Of a DNA stretch of 64,000 nucleotides, positions 51,201-61,874 are shown piece by piece. The first letter of the stretch is position 1. Every line of letters starts with the position of its first letter. The translations under genes were made by a program, and so were the position numbers. Origin of the DNA: Haliotis cracherodii (Eukaryota); NCBI RefSeq assembly GCF_022045235.1, contig NW_027266297.1:23312001-23376000 (forward strand). The letters are read 5' to 3'. A model generated the notes under the pieces. The model was not told the DNA's origin. It ran no database searches and was given only the letters and a program-made list of their open reading frames with translations.

Positions 51201-53506
51201 GGGCACTGGTATGTAGATGTCAGGCCAGGGGGCGCAGCTGTGGTATGTAGATGTCAGGCCAAGGAGCACTGGTATGTAGATGTCAGGCCAGGGGCACAGC
51301 TCTGGTATGTAGATGTCAGGCCAGGGGGCGTAGCTCTGGTATGGAGATGTCAGGCCAAGGAGCACTGGTATGTAGATGTCAGGCCAAGGAGCACTGGTAT
51401 GTAGATGTCAGGCCAGGGGGCTCAGCACTGGTTTGTAGATGTCAGGCCAGGGGGCACAGCACTTTCTCTTTTTTGAAATTCAATGTGAGTAATGCGGTAC
51501 TCTGCGTAAAGCAAGCAACATTTATTGCCACTTGTGAGGACAGTTCAGACGCAGTCCACTGTATACCAACATTCTTTAAGACTCCACTACACTCAACTGA
51601 TTTCAAGTTAACTCCCCACCCCTTTCAACTCATCGAATCGACGCACCCCACCCCACTCCACCCCTGAAATGTTGTGTTTGTATAATGAAGAAGGTGTTAT
51701 CCATAAAAGTCCTTATCGTGATAACACCATTTCCTAAATGCCTGTAAAGACTGTATGCCCTTGTTGTTCTCCAGCACAACTACAGCACTTCTAGCTACGG
51801 GTCAGCAGCGTCCCATCACAGTGACAGCCACGTCATGCAGTCAGGTGCTGGCATACCAAGGCAGTACCCACACAGACCGCCACAGGTATCGCACTCGCAG
51901 CCAGATATCATAACCAGTCATACCATCTGACATCAGCAAATCATTTGAAGTACATGTATCTGTTCCTGCTGAGAACTAACGTCTTAGACCTGTATCACTT
52001 CAGATTTTACTCCCACAGTATAGAGACAATGTTATATACTGAACGCAGCAAGTTAGGGATCATGGATATTTTTGGGGATATTTTTATGAAATTATGTGCT
52101 CAGTGTTAAAATATCCCCAAAAATATTCATAATCTCTAATTTCTTTTGTTCGGTATATAACTAAAATACTACTCAAAAAAACGTTGAGGTCATTCAATCA
52201 AAACTATGGCGTTTTCCTGAAGAATGCACCAATATGTCATGTCCAGACCAGCTGACACATCCGTGGCCCCTGTAATTACTTAAAGATAAAAATCTTGTGA
52301 TTATTTGGAAATGTTCCGTGTGATATTATTTTCAGGAAGATAATGTAAATAAAAACATAATGAATTGAAGAATTATCATTTGAAGTCATGGAATATTCTT
52401 TGTAGGTTCAGTACAATCCAGGCAATGCTCGACGGAGTGGTCTCCCCATGCCAGTCCCTGGACGTCCTGGTCCCCCACCCCCAATTCCAGAGGAAATCCG
52501 CCCCCAGAGCAACCACAGCTCCCCAGTCTCCAATGCCGACAAGGAAAAGTGAGTGATCTCCGCAACACATCTCATTGTAAAGAATTCCACATGCAGTGAA
52601 AGCCTGTGGAACCTTCAGGTTTATGGAATCTCCGTAGTTCGAGGGAAGAGGCATGTCTACCAGTACACGAGACCATGGTGCCAAAAGGGATTCTGCTGGG
52701 ACTATAAGCATAGCCTTATATAGAGAATCTCACTATTGTGAGATTCTATTCATCCAGGATCATTCTTCAAACTTTTTTTTAGTTTTTAGACTGCAATAAA
52801 CTGTGTCTTGCGTGGAAAAAGTACAGCAAACCAGCTTCAGGAGCAGGGAGATTGTGACGTCATAGTAACTGATAATGTCACAATTGTCTGGAAAACAATG
52901 GGGTGCAATTTTATTGTAGTGATATTTCCTTGATCTCCACTAAAAAACATATCTCCTGTGGAATCCAGTTTTGGATGTTAAATCAATATAACAGATGTTG
53001 AATTACTAGGATTTTGTGTAATGTTATTCCTCATACAGACCCTCAACACACATATCGGAGAACTAACAGTCAACAATACATTGGCAAGTCTAAGTTTTTT
53101 TTAGTTTCAGGAAGGGATTCTCTGGGCTCCTTTATATTAAAACATAAAACATAGATTAATTAGTATAGTATATGGAGTAGACTATCATCCTAACTGTTGG
53201 AAAATGTTCAAATGTATAAATCTATTTTATGTATTCATGTAATTTGTAAATGAAAATGTATGTTGACACATCACCTTCATTTTCAGTGACCCTCCTATTG
53301 ACCCGAAGTTCCTACAGAAGCGGGAGGATGCTATCCCGGTCCGGGGGCTGCTGAACAGAAGCAACTCCCCTCCCCTCATCTCCGGCGTGGCTCCCCCCCA
53401 CCCCGCCACCAACTCAGTCCGGCTCAGCCAGCAGATGATTGTCCCCCGGACAGTTCAAGCTCCACTAGCTTCAGCATACTTCCCTGGTCAGAGCAAAGCT
53501 TCATGA
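39230..53506 (+). CDS. SASS6: Spindle assembly abnormal protein 6 (centriole cartwheel protein), ~669 aa
   Basis: Head-domain motifs [40 protein letters not shown] and [17 protein letters not shown]; long coiled coil; [11 protein letters not shown]; C-terminal SAYFPGQ. Exons: 39230-39294, 40246-40306, 40860-40939, 41444-41548, 42844-43015, 43752-43829, 44783-44902, 46398-46514, 46741-47010, 47479-47622, 48314-48439, 48731-48812, 49004-49119, 51775-51885, 52406-52548, 53287-53506 (2010 nt, phases consistent). Confidence 0.96.
39677..39958 (+). mobile_element. SINE family B (tRNA-Leu-like head, central domain resembling the V-SINE core, ~280 bp), best copy
   Basis: GGTGGCCCAGTCGTCTAAGG..GGGTTCGAATCCC head; CGTGGGTTTC..TTTCCTCCCACA body; shared tail plus (ACTC)n; TSD TGATAA(A/G)ATAAGTC. 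Other copies near 7293, 7500, 12985, 21539, 28028/28118, 29530, 40432, 56600. Confidence 0.88.
41122..41286 (+). mobile_element. SINE family A (tRNA-Asp-like head, ~165 bp), best copy
   Basis: A box TAGCCTAGTGG, GTCACGCCGAAGAC, B box GGTTCGATTCC; tail GATATTGCTGGAATATTGCTAAAAGCGGCGTAAAA plus (ACTC)n; 11-bp TSD CCCATCTTGTC. Other copies near 1415, 7810, 9720, 13843, 14190, 16910, 20890, 24521, 24679, 38478, 41943, 44289, 57410, 57615, 61468. Confidence 0.9.
42177..42524 (-). mobile_element. SINE family D (tRNA head plus central domains resembling Meta/Deu, ~340 bp)
   Basis: Minus strand: GTGGTAGAGCGTCCGCCCGGAGAGCGGAAGGTC..GTTCGATCCCCGGCCGCGTCATACCAAA..CAGTG..TAGCACTATAAAT..GTTAAACCC. Copies at 10985-11270 and 19887-20220. 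Domain names are from recollection of mollusc SINE consensus sequences. Confidence 0.8.
43312..43442. mobile_element. Foldback element remnant
   Basis: ATTACTC..CAATATGCAAAAACAAGGAC / GTCCTTGTTTTCACATATTG..GAGTAAT inverted arms. Confidence 0.55.
46970..47320. repeat. Diverged ~80/160-bp tandem duplication of the SAS-6 exon 9 end and donor
   Basis: AAGGTCGTTG recurs at ~47008, 47084, 47167 and 47243; GGTCC(G/A)AACA at 46991, 47150 and 47311. Confidence 0.85.
49096..51463. repeat. 34-bp G-rich minisatellite (~70 copies, with 29- and 33-bp variants) starting inside SAS-6 exon 13
   Basis: Unit GTCAGGCCAGGGGGCACAGCACTG|GTATGTAGAT, equal to the last 24 exon nt plus the first 10 intron nt. Confidence 0.97.
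52037..52155. mobile_element. Short foldback MITE (TA-flanked)
   Basis: TACTGAAC..ATATTTTTGGGGATATTTT / AAAATATCCCCAAAAATAT..GTTCGGTA. Confidence 0.6.
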
Positions 53507-56328
53507 TGTCGTCCCTCGGAGTGGATTTCATAGCTCCATATCATCTTCTCACCAGAACATGTGTGGGCCACAAACTCATGAAGTTGAACCAAAGACCATA
53601 GAATTATTCAGGACGTGCAACAAATGAGACAATTTGACGGTTCCATGGTGATTTGGTCTGTGCAAAGCTTCAGGATATCATATTGCTGTACACTTTCTTC
53701 CAAGATGTTCAGGGTGAAACAGCTCCTCGGTCACAGAATTATTGGTCAGGAAGTGCAACGAATGAGACAATTGCACTGTTTCATGATGCCTTGGTCTGTG
53801 CTAAGATTCGGGATGTCATGTTACTGTGTATATTTCTTGCAATAAGTTCTAAGTACAATCTTAGACCAAAGAAGTATAACTGGAGTAACGATTGAGACGT
53901 TATGAGAATGGATCCATGATGACTTATGATTTTACTGAAGAAAAAGGGCTGTCGCTATGAAATGTTCCAAGCATCTGTTCTCAGTAATCGTAAACTTAGT
54001 AATGATAAGATTGTGAGGATAATACACTTCTTTATTAGAACTGCCGCTACGATTGTCTCCAAAACTAATCAAGAAGTTGATCATCCATACTATCTTGTGA
54101 CATTAGTTTCAGATCAAACTTCTAAATGCCACCGAAAGGTCAATTACAGTAGTACATTATGTAAAAATGCTTACTGATTTCGGCAAATCTGTAAGTGTGG
54201 AATAACTCGCTACAGAGTTCATTGTGGTCACCTGTATTGTAAAACAATTAGGTGTCTTTCGAACATCCATCCACTGCCAGACAACAGCCCAGTTTTGGAG
54301 GGTTTGATCACCTCGTACAATCAGTGTCGACTCACAATGGTACATGCTCATATCATTGACTGATGATGAGGCGATGACATTTGAGGAGGAAGCGTAAGCC
54401 GCCTCATCACATGTGATAACCAACTGGTGTCAGCTCTTCCATTTGCCGAGCAGTCAGTAAATGCCAACATACAATATGGGAGGTGAGATCTAGTGTAGGA
54501 GTGTTCCAGATGTTTTAGAACTAAACCTGCCTTCCTCATTGTAAATGTTGGGATGTGTTCCCAGTTCAGCATTATCACCTGTGTGTTCAACATTGTACCT
54601 ACACATATATTGTAGCCATGGTAATTTCCACTGAAATTCTTCTGTTAATTTGTATCAAAATTTTCAATTTCTTATTTTACTGTAAACAAAATCAAATACC
54701 ATTTGGATTAAATAATATGTTTTTTGTTTTGAGGTATCGTAAAAGATTTTTGAGGTTTTATGATAATTTCTAAAATCAATGATAGTATACCTCCTACAAT
54801 GCAGACACTATGTTGTAAGAGGTATTAAGTGATGTGGCATTGGATGAGTCTAATAGGTTTTTACTAAAATGCTGATCAGTAATCGTAGATAACTGAGATA
54901 TGGTTGGACTTAGTTTACCGGTATTGTCAAATGCAAAAAGGCAGGAGACCAAAATTAAACACAGTATCTCTCGTCAGTGTTGAATGGAACTGAAAACCAA
55001 AATACATGTACATACAAAAGGTGTTCCAATTAAACTAATTTTCACTGAGAAGCATATTTTTTTGGTTTTTCCTTTTTATTACTTTTGCGAACTTTATGTT
55101 GACGCATTAAAAAAGTAAGAAATAATCTTGTCTTGTCTGAGGCAACTTATTCTGTGTATTTACTGTTTTTATCAAATATGCATTTCTTGCATGGATGGAG
55201 ATATGGAATTCCAACTGGCGAACCACTAGAGTTATGATGATAATTATAACAGGTGACAGTCAATGATAGAACAGCATCAGATATATCCACCCTAGATGGT
55301 GTTCTCTTCTCGTTTTATGTCCAAAATATGTTGGCATGCGAGCTTTGTGTTACCTAGTAACCACCACTCCACTTTCTATAATCTACATTTGCTTATGCAT
55401 GTATCAGGATCCAAACATCCTGGTTTTCAATGTAGAGCTATGTCACCTGTAAGTTTAACCACTCTAAATAAAATGTGGAACACAAAGTTTGCCAACAATG
55501 ATTGTGAAAGAAACGTACTGTTTTACAAATATTATTGTATTTGGTGGTGCGGGTGTCAAATCATTTGTTTCAATTGGAGGTGGTTAAATGCAATTTGAAA
55601 CCTCGGATTGACCAGTCACGGTATTTTCTAAATTCATTCTAGCATTAACAGTGAATCTCATTAATAACTTATGGTTTGTATTATTTTGCGTTATTGAAGA
55701 TGACACTGCTTAAATGTAAGCATTTTCTTTTTTACTACTACTGTTTTTAACCTGTTAAAAAACAAAAACATATGCTTTTAAGCAGCAATTTGACTTCATA
55801 AGTAAATTACATTTGAGCAAATTTATGGAAAGTAATAGAAACACGAAACAATTGGATACCAACTTGGCAGATGAAGAAGGCACTATGGTGGCGTGGTACT
55901 GATTTAGTACTGTGTTTGTAAGGTAATTATTTGCATGACAGCACATGCTTTTTATTATAGTCCATATGTTATTGTATATATCAAGCTTTCAACAGCAGCC
56001 AAAAAGTGCTCGACAAGTTATTTATTCATCACATTCATTGTTCAAGGAACACATTTTATACTGTATGACACACGCTTGTATATTTGTGTAACAGAATCAT
56101 AAACAGATATTTGAAAAAAAATCATTCACAATGAAATTTATGAACTGCAATGGAACTTGTCTCAACCTGAGTCCGTTGGAACTCAGAATTCAGTCAGTCA
56201 TTGACAGATCACAGTGAAAGAATATTTTTTTTTGTCAGTCTCAAGAAATCTTGTGGAAAAAGCCTCAAAGCTATACACCTCTATTTTATTTCCTGAATTG
56301 TGATGCCTGTATTATTGCATCTGCATGG

Positions 56329-56597
56329 TTGGTTGGTTGGTTTGTTGTTTTACGCCGCACTCAGCAATATTCCAGCTATATGACGGCAGACTGTAAATAA
56401 TCGAGTCTGGACCAGACAATCCAGTGATTAATATCATGAGCATCGATGCACGCAACTGGGATCGATGACATGCATCAACCAAGTCAACATGCCTGACCAC
56501 CCGATCCCGTTAGTCGCCTTTTACGACAAGCATAGTCACCTTTTACGGCAAGCATGGGTTGCTGAAGACCTATTCTAACCCGGAATCTTCACGGGTC
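56329..56597 (-). mobile_element. Retroposon family C (no tRNA head, structured 5' end, ~270 bp), full-length copy
   Basis: Starts GACCCGTGAAGATTCCGGGTTAGAATAGGTCTTCAG and ends GCTGGAATATTGCTGAGTGCGGCGTAAAACAAC(AACC)n; perfect 12-bp TSD GCATCTGCATGG (56317-56328 / 56598-56609). About 20 copies or fragments, e.g. near 1640, 6650, 9865, 12660, 14975, 18083, 26630, 28899, 44006, 44462, 45595, 45972, 47925, 58424. Confidence 0.9.
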
Positions 56598-57805
56598 GCA
56601 TCTGCATGGAAGTGTTGAGTTTATTTCGGGCAGCATCCGTTCGTCTGTACTGGTACGTACTTGGTTGGTGACCCTCTTAGGAGGCATGACAGAACCCTGT
56701 GAATATTGGTTTGAATCCTCCTTCGACCTGTTTGATTCTAGGTTTGTCAGCACCGTACCTGTGCTCATGGTTTTCACGAAGGTGGTAAACATCTGGGACC
56801 TGCATCACTTCGGATTTCCTCCCACATGAAGCTGGCACGCCGTGATATAACTGAATACTGTTCAAAGTGTTGAAATCAAATCCCTCAATGTCACATGACC
56901 TGGTCACCCAAAGGTGCATACAAGATGATTTTAGGAAGTAGCCTAAAAATATGGAGTTATCACAACCAATTACATTAGATTTAAAAAAATTAGCAGTTTC
57001 TCAACTTTTTTAAGTTTGGAGTGTGAAAAGAATACATTTACGTTAACAGTATTTGAACTGATAATTGCTTAGATCAGACAAGTGATGTGGTTTGGACAAT
57101 ATCCATTGCTCAATTATATTTTACAGATTCCACTGTATTGATTCTATTGTTTGGTAAAGTATGTATATTTAATGTGACTGTAAAATAGTTCACTGAAGTA
57201 TAATGTAAGGCTATCAACTGTTTTATTTCAGGTCAACATGACTTTATATTCTTGATTGTCTGAATTTCAAGCATGCTTGTATAATAAAAATATAAGCTTA
57301 CAAATACAAAGATGTTATTTCTTACATTTCTTTCTTCTCAAATTGACAAGCCAACCAATGGTCAACAGTGTGAGCACAGACCCTTGTCATCCGGGTCAGT
57401 GCTCCAGAGTGAGTGAGGTTGTATGCCACTTTTAGCAATATTCCAGCAATATGACAGCGGGGGACATCACAAATGGGCTTCACACATTGTACCCATGTCG
57501 GGAATCGAACAAGGGTCTTTGGCATAACGAGCGAACGCTTTAACCACAAGACTACCTGACCCCCCTCTCAGTGCTCCAGATGACTGTTTGAGGCATGATA
57601 ATTCTCATTGGCTCAGCAATTCCAGGAATATCAAGGCGGGGAACACAAGGAATGGGCGTAACACATTATACCCATGTCTTGAATCGAACCTGGGTCTTCG
57701 GCATGACAAGCGACCGCTGTAAGCACCATGCTACCCCACTGCACCTTGAATGAGTTGCCTCCTCATCATCTCTAATAAAAACCCGACCAAATGAGACTTT
57801 TTTTG

Positions 57806-60404
57806 TTACGTAAAACCTTTTATTGTCTGTACATAGTTAACATACAGCCCTTCCATCCTGTGCTCATCAAACAATGTCTTCACCTCCTTCAATGATTCAC
57901 ATTCAACAACTGAGAAATCTTCAAATCTGAAAAAAGATACAATTTCAACCTTTTGGTAATTATGTAAACCTCATTTTAGTTCTAGAGATGTTAATAACAA
58001 CATACAAATGTACACTTACATTTAAAATTAAAAATTATACTTGCCCTAAAATCAAGCATACAACGTTGGACTTGTTTGGCATTCCTGCACCCCTGACAAA
58101 TCTTTTGAAAATCAATCTGCCATAAATTATTTGACACGAACATGTTACAGCGTGAGATTCTGACGACACTTAACGTACCTAGCATTTGCTGGCAGCGATG
58201 TCTCACACAACACAGACATCATCTTCTCCTTGCAGGGATGGCCGCGGGAATCGACATCAATGTTCACAGACTTGTGACGAACCATGTACTCCTGAAATAA
58301 ATATTGTGTAGTTTAAAGTTGATTATGGAGTAAGAAATAAAAATCTGTTGTAGAAATATCAATTTGCTTTATACACTAAAAACATTTCCTCGTGTCACAT
58401 GTCAATATCTCATAAGACAAAGGCCCAGTGAAAATCCGTCAACCCATGCTTGTCGTTAGCGGCGATCAACGGGATCGGGTGGCCATGCTCTGTGGCATGG
58501 TTAATGCATGGAATCGTATCCCAATCGCATAGATCGATGCTCATGATGTCAATCACTGGATTGTCTGGTCCTGATCATTTACCATTTACAGACCACCGTC
58601 ATATAGCTGGAATATTGATGAGTGTGCCTTAACACAAAAAACAACAATATAACAAAGGGAAACCAAAGATTAAAATAGAAGCCACAAAAAGAACCTGACA
58701 GTTGTCTACCTTCAAACTGGATGGGCTTCCTTGCAGCAGGATCAGAATGAGTCTGTTCCAGAACACCAGTCTTCCATCCAAGCCGAGCTCGGCTGTCCAC
58801 CTCCTGATAGTTTTAACATACTGAGACTTGGCCCTCATGTGATCCAGATGAAGCATCAGTGTCACCCTCCCGGGCTCCTGGTTCCTCATGGAGCCACACG
58901 CATCATCAGTCGGATGTAGCGACAACGTCGACAGTTTGTCTTGAAGTAAAGATATCAACTCAATCAACATTGGACTGCCAGAATTGTCCATGGCATGCTG
59001 ATTGGCAGTGTCCCGCAGAGTTTTGGACGAACATCTGTTCATGGCTGCACTGAGAATGGACACATCTGGAGGTGTGTTGGGGTAGGAGGGTGTGATGTCC
59101 AGCACAACCTTCACATCTACACCATCATCTCGATGAAGCTGGACAGTCACTTGGGTGTCCTTTTTGTCCCCTGTGTATATAAAATGTAAGTCAGTTCAGG
59201 TATACATACACTGTGACAATAAGCAGTGTAAGTATTACCTTAGATCATAGCAGACCATAACTCTCTGTTATATCAGTGTGACTAAAACAAATATTCATGA
59301 GTTCATTTCTAACACAAATTAACGAAAATTGGAGTATAGATTAAGAAAACATCCTGGAAAACGTGCATAATTGCCATAATTTACAGAACAAACAGGTGTA
59401 AGTTTCAAGAAAATAACGCTAAGATCTATACTGGCGGGCATGTTTACATTTTCATTCCAAACATGACATGATATTGATTTGAATCTTATATCACAAACAA
59501 TTCTCATTATCAAACAAAGTCTGTATCAACCAATTGGAAATTAAAGAGGATTCAGCTCAAATACTGCAAGAAACCAGTCCTAAAGCACTGTCAGTAATGT
59601 AACATGCATCATGGGAGCAATGTTAACAAAAACAAACGCAGCGTCATTTTGTCACTTTAGAAGATGCACTTCTGGAATTTTCTCAAAATGACTTTTGTGT
59701 GTGGATTAGATGTTTTAAGAAGACTACATTATTATCATTATCACGGAGTCACGTGCACATAATTCTATAGTCTGTTTCAGACTGCCATCATTGGACTTTG
59801 AATAGATGTGAACTCTTTTGTTGAATTTATCTCCTGTAAACTTGTTGATAGGACTCCTTGTGACTGAAATACTTAAACCTCAGGTTGGGCGATCGGTAGT
59901 TACTTGATATTTCAAAAACAACAGTCTGTGAAAAATTATATCCTTTTCTTAACAGGCAAATAGCCGTTTTCTCGCATTTCCGACAGTACTTTAGTAAGAA
60001 TGATATATTGCAGAGCAACAATCATCCTTTCAGTAGGCAACAGGTTATCCTGTTTGAGCTTGACAACTGTTTACACGAATAACACTAAAACCGCTCTGTC
60101 AATAAGTGTCTGTGTGCAATAATATTTTGCAGGTCGCAGAAATTATCATTAACATAATCAATATCCTCTGATCCGTTCATCATCAGCTGTTTCACATGTT
60201 GGTACTACGGGTACATGGTGACACATCAGCTGTTTTGTGACACAAAAACAGCTGATGTGATGATAAACAATTGAAAAACGATGAACGGTGAGGTTTTCAC
60301 GGTAACCACAGCCAACATAAAATCATTCATCAACCATGTACGATTTTCAGCTCTCCAGGCAAACAGTAGATAGACTTCAAGGCAAGAAGTTCGTCCTCTT
60401 CCAT
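57806..60404 (-). CDS. RWDD3: RWD domain-containing protein 3 (RSUME, sumoylation enhancer), ~254 aa
   Basis: Exons 60335-60404 (MEEDELLALKSIY), 58710-59170 (RWD YPxxxP motif SYPNTPPD; LHLDHMRAKSQYVK..GRLVF..ILILLQG), 58179-58291 (DVDSRGHPCKEKMMSVLCE), 57806-57926. The C-terminal motifs match RWDD3. Confidence 0.9.
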
Positions 60405-61267
60405 TACGGAGGGTCCACTGTGTTGTCTAAGGGAAACTACTCTTGTCCATTTTACCATGCAGTATGCTCCTTACAGCGACAACAGCTGATAAACAAAACT
60501 ATTAATATATCAAAAGGTGTTGAATGGAGCTTATGCTCATCGGTCGGAATGAATATTCCCTGCTTATTTACGCCTCGTATATAATACGATACCGACTTTT
60601 GCCGAGTGCCCCAATCTTGTTTTTTCAAAAAATTAACTTCACTTTTCATCTGCCAGGGCTAAGGAGAACATTAAATTTTGAGGGAACTATTAAATTGTGG
60701 TTATTTAAAACAGTTGTTTATCACAGATGTTAGTATGAGCGATTGTAATCATTGATTGATCGGTACCCTTTATACGTGAGGAAAGTATCAGTTGTATGTG
60801 CACTTAGTACATTTTGCGAAAAGAATTTAGACTTTGGAAAATTCAAATCTGATCAAAGTGGGCAATTTGACATGTAGCATCTCTAAAAAACACGAAGTGT
60901 CTCTCACCCTTAATTACCATGGATTGCTCGATTAGCACAAACAATTCATGAAATAACTGATTTCCTATATTAGCGGTCCTCTGCCGCCTGAGACTATACT
61001 TGAGGTGCCATTGCGAAGTTCTGTTCTGAAGGAGAACTATTGTGTTGAAAGTACATGAAACTTTCCAAATGGGGCTGAAATGGCTTAGGTTGATAATTTA
61101 AATTGCTCTCACCTCCGGAGTGAATGTTCACTGCCAGGATTTAAATGAATTTTGTTTCTTAAGTGACAAGCTGATAGTCTCTACATCAAGATAAAATATT
61201 ATAGTAGGCATACCATCGACCATGTAGACGCATTGATAGAGATTGCAATGCCAAAAACAAAAGCACC

Positions 61268-61399
61268 NNNNNNNNNNNNNNNNNNNNNNNNNNNNNNNNN
61301 NNNNNNNNNNNNNNNNNNNNNNNNNNNNNNNNNNNNNNNNNNNNNNNNNNNNNNNNNNNNNNNNNNNNNNNNNNNNNNNNNNNNNNNNNNNNNNNNNNN
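61268..61399. other. Assembly gap (132 N)
   Basis: Run of N. Confidence 1.
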
Positions 61400-61818
61400 A
61401 AGGTAAGTGAACGATATTGTCTTCAGATCAGTACTTGATATATCTACAGTTCAGTGCAGAACATGTCTGAGTGAGTGAGTGAGTATAGTTTTACGCCGCT
61501 TTTAGCAATATTCCAGCAATATCACGGTGGGGGACACCAGAAATGGGCTTCACGCATTGTACCCATGTCGGGAATCGAACCCGAAGTATGGTAATTTTTG
61601 TCATTGTCGGTAGGCATATTTAAATAATTATATCTAAATTTATAGGTTGCCAAATGCAAAGTTGCGGTTACTACACTATTCAAAGGATGTGTGCAATACA
61701 TTTCGTGCAGAAAACACGATCGAAATCTACAAAGAGAATGTAATATAAGTATCGGGGACACCAGAGAGGTAAATCTACCTAGCTCTACATTGAAAACACA
61801 GTATGTTTAGAAAAGTTT

Positions 61819-61826
61819 AACAACAA

Positions 61827-61869
<43 letters not shown>

Positions 61870-61874
61870 AACAA
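61819..61874. repeat. (AAC)n microsatellite
   Basis: About 18 AAC/ATC triplets. Confidence 0.95.

Noticed and set aside
49096-51463. CRISPR-like array, or repetitive Cys-rich ORFs (50347-51667)
   Set aside because: Head-to-tail units with no unique spacers, in a eukaryotic intron. The ORFs are frame-cycling products of a 34-bp unit.
56503-56597. Calling the family C head a canonical HDV, pistol or twister ribozyme
   Set aside because: It lacks HDV P1/L3 geometry and the conserved pistol/twister nucleotides; kept only as an unclassified candidate.
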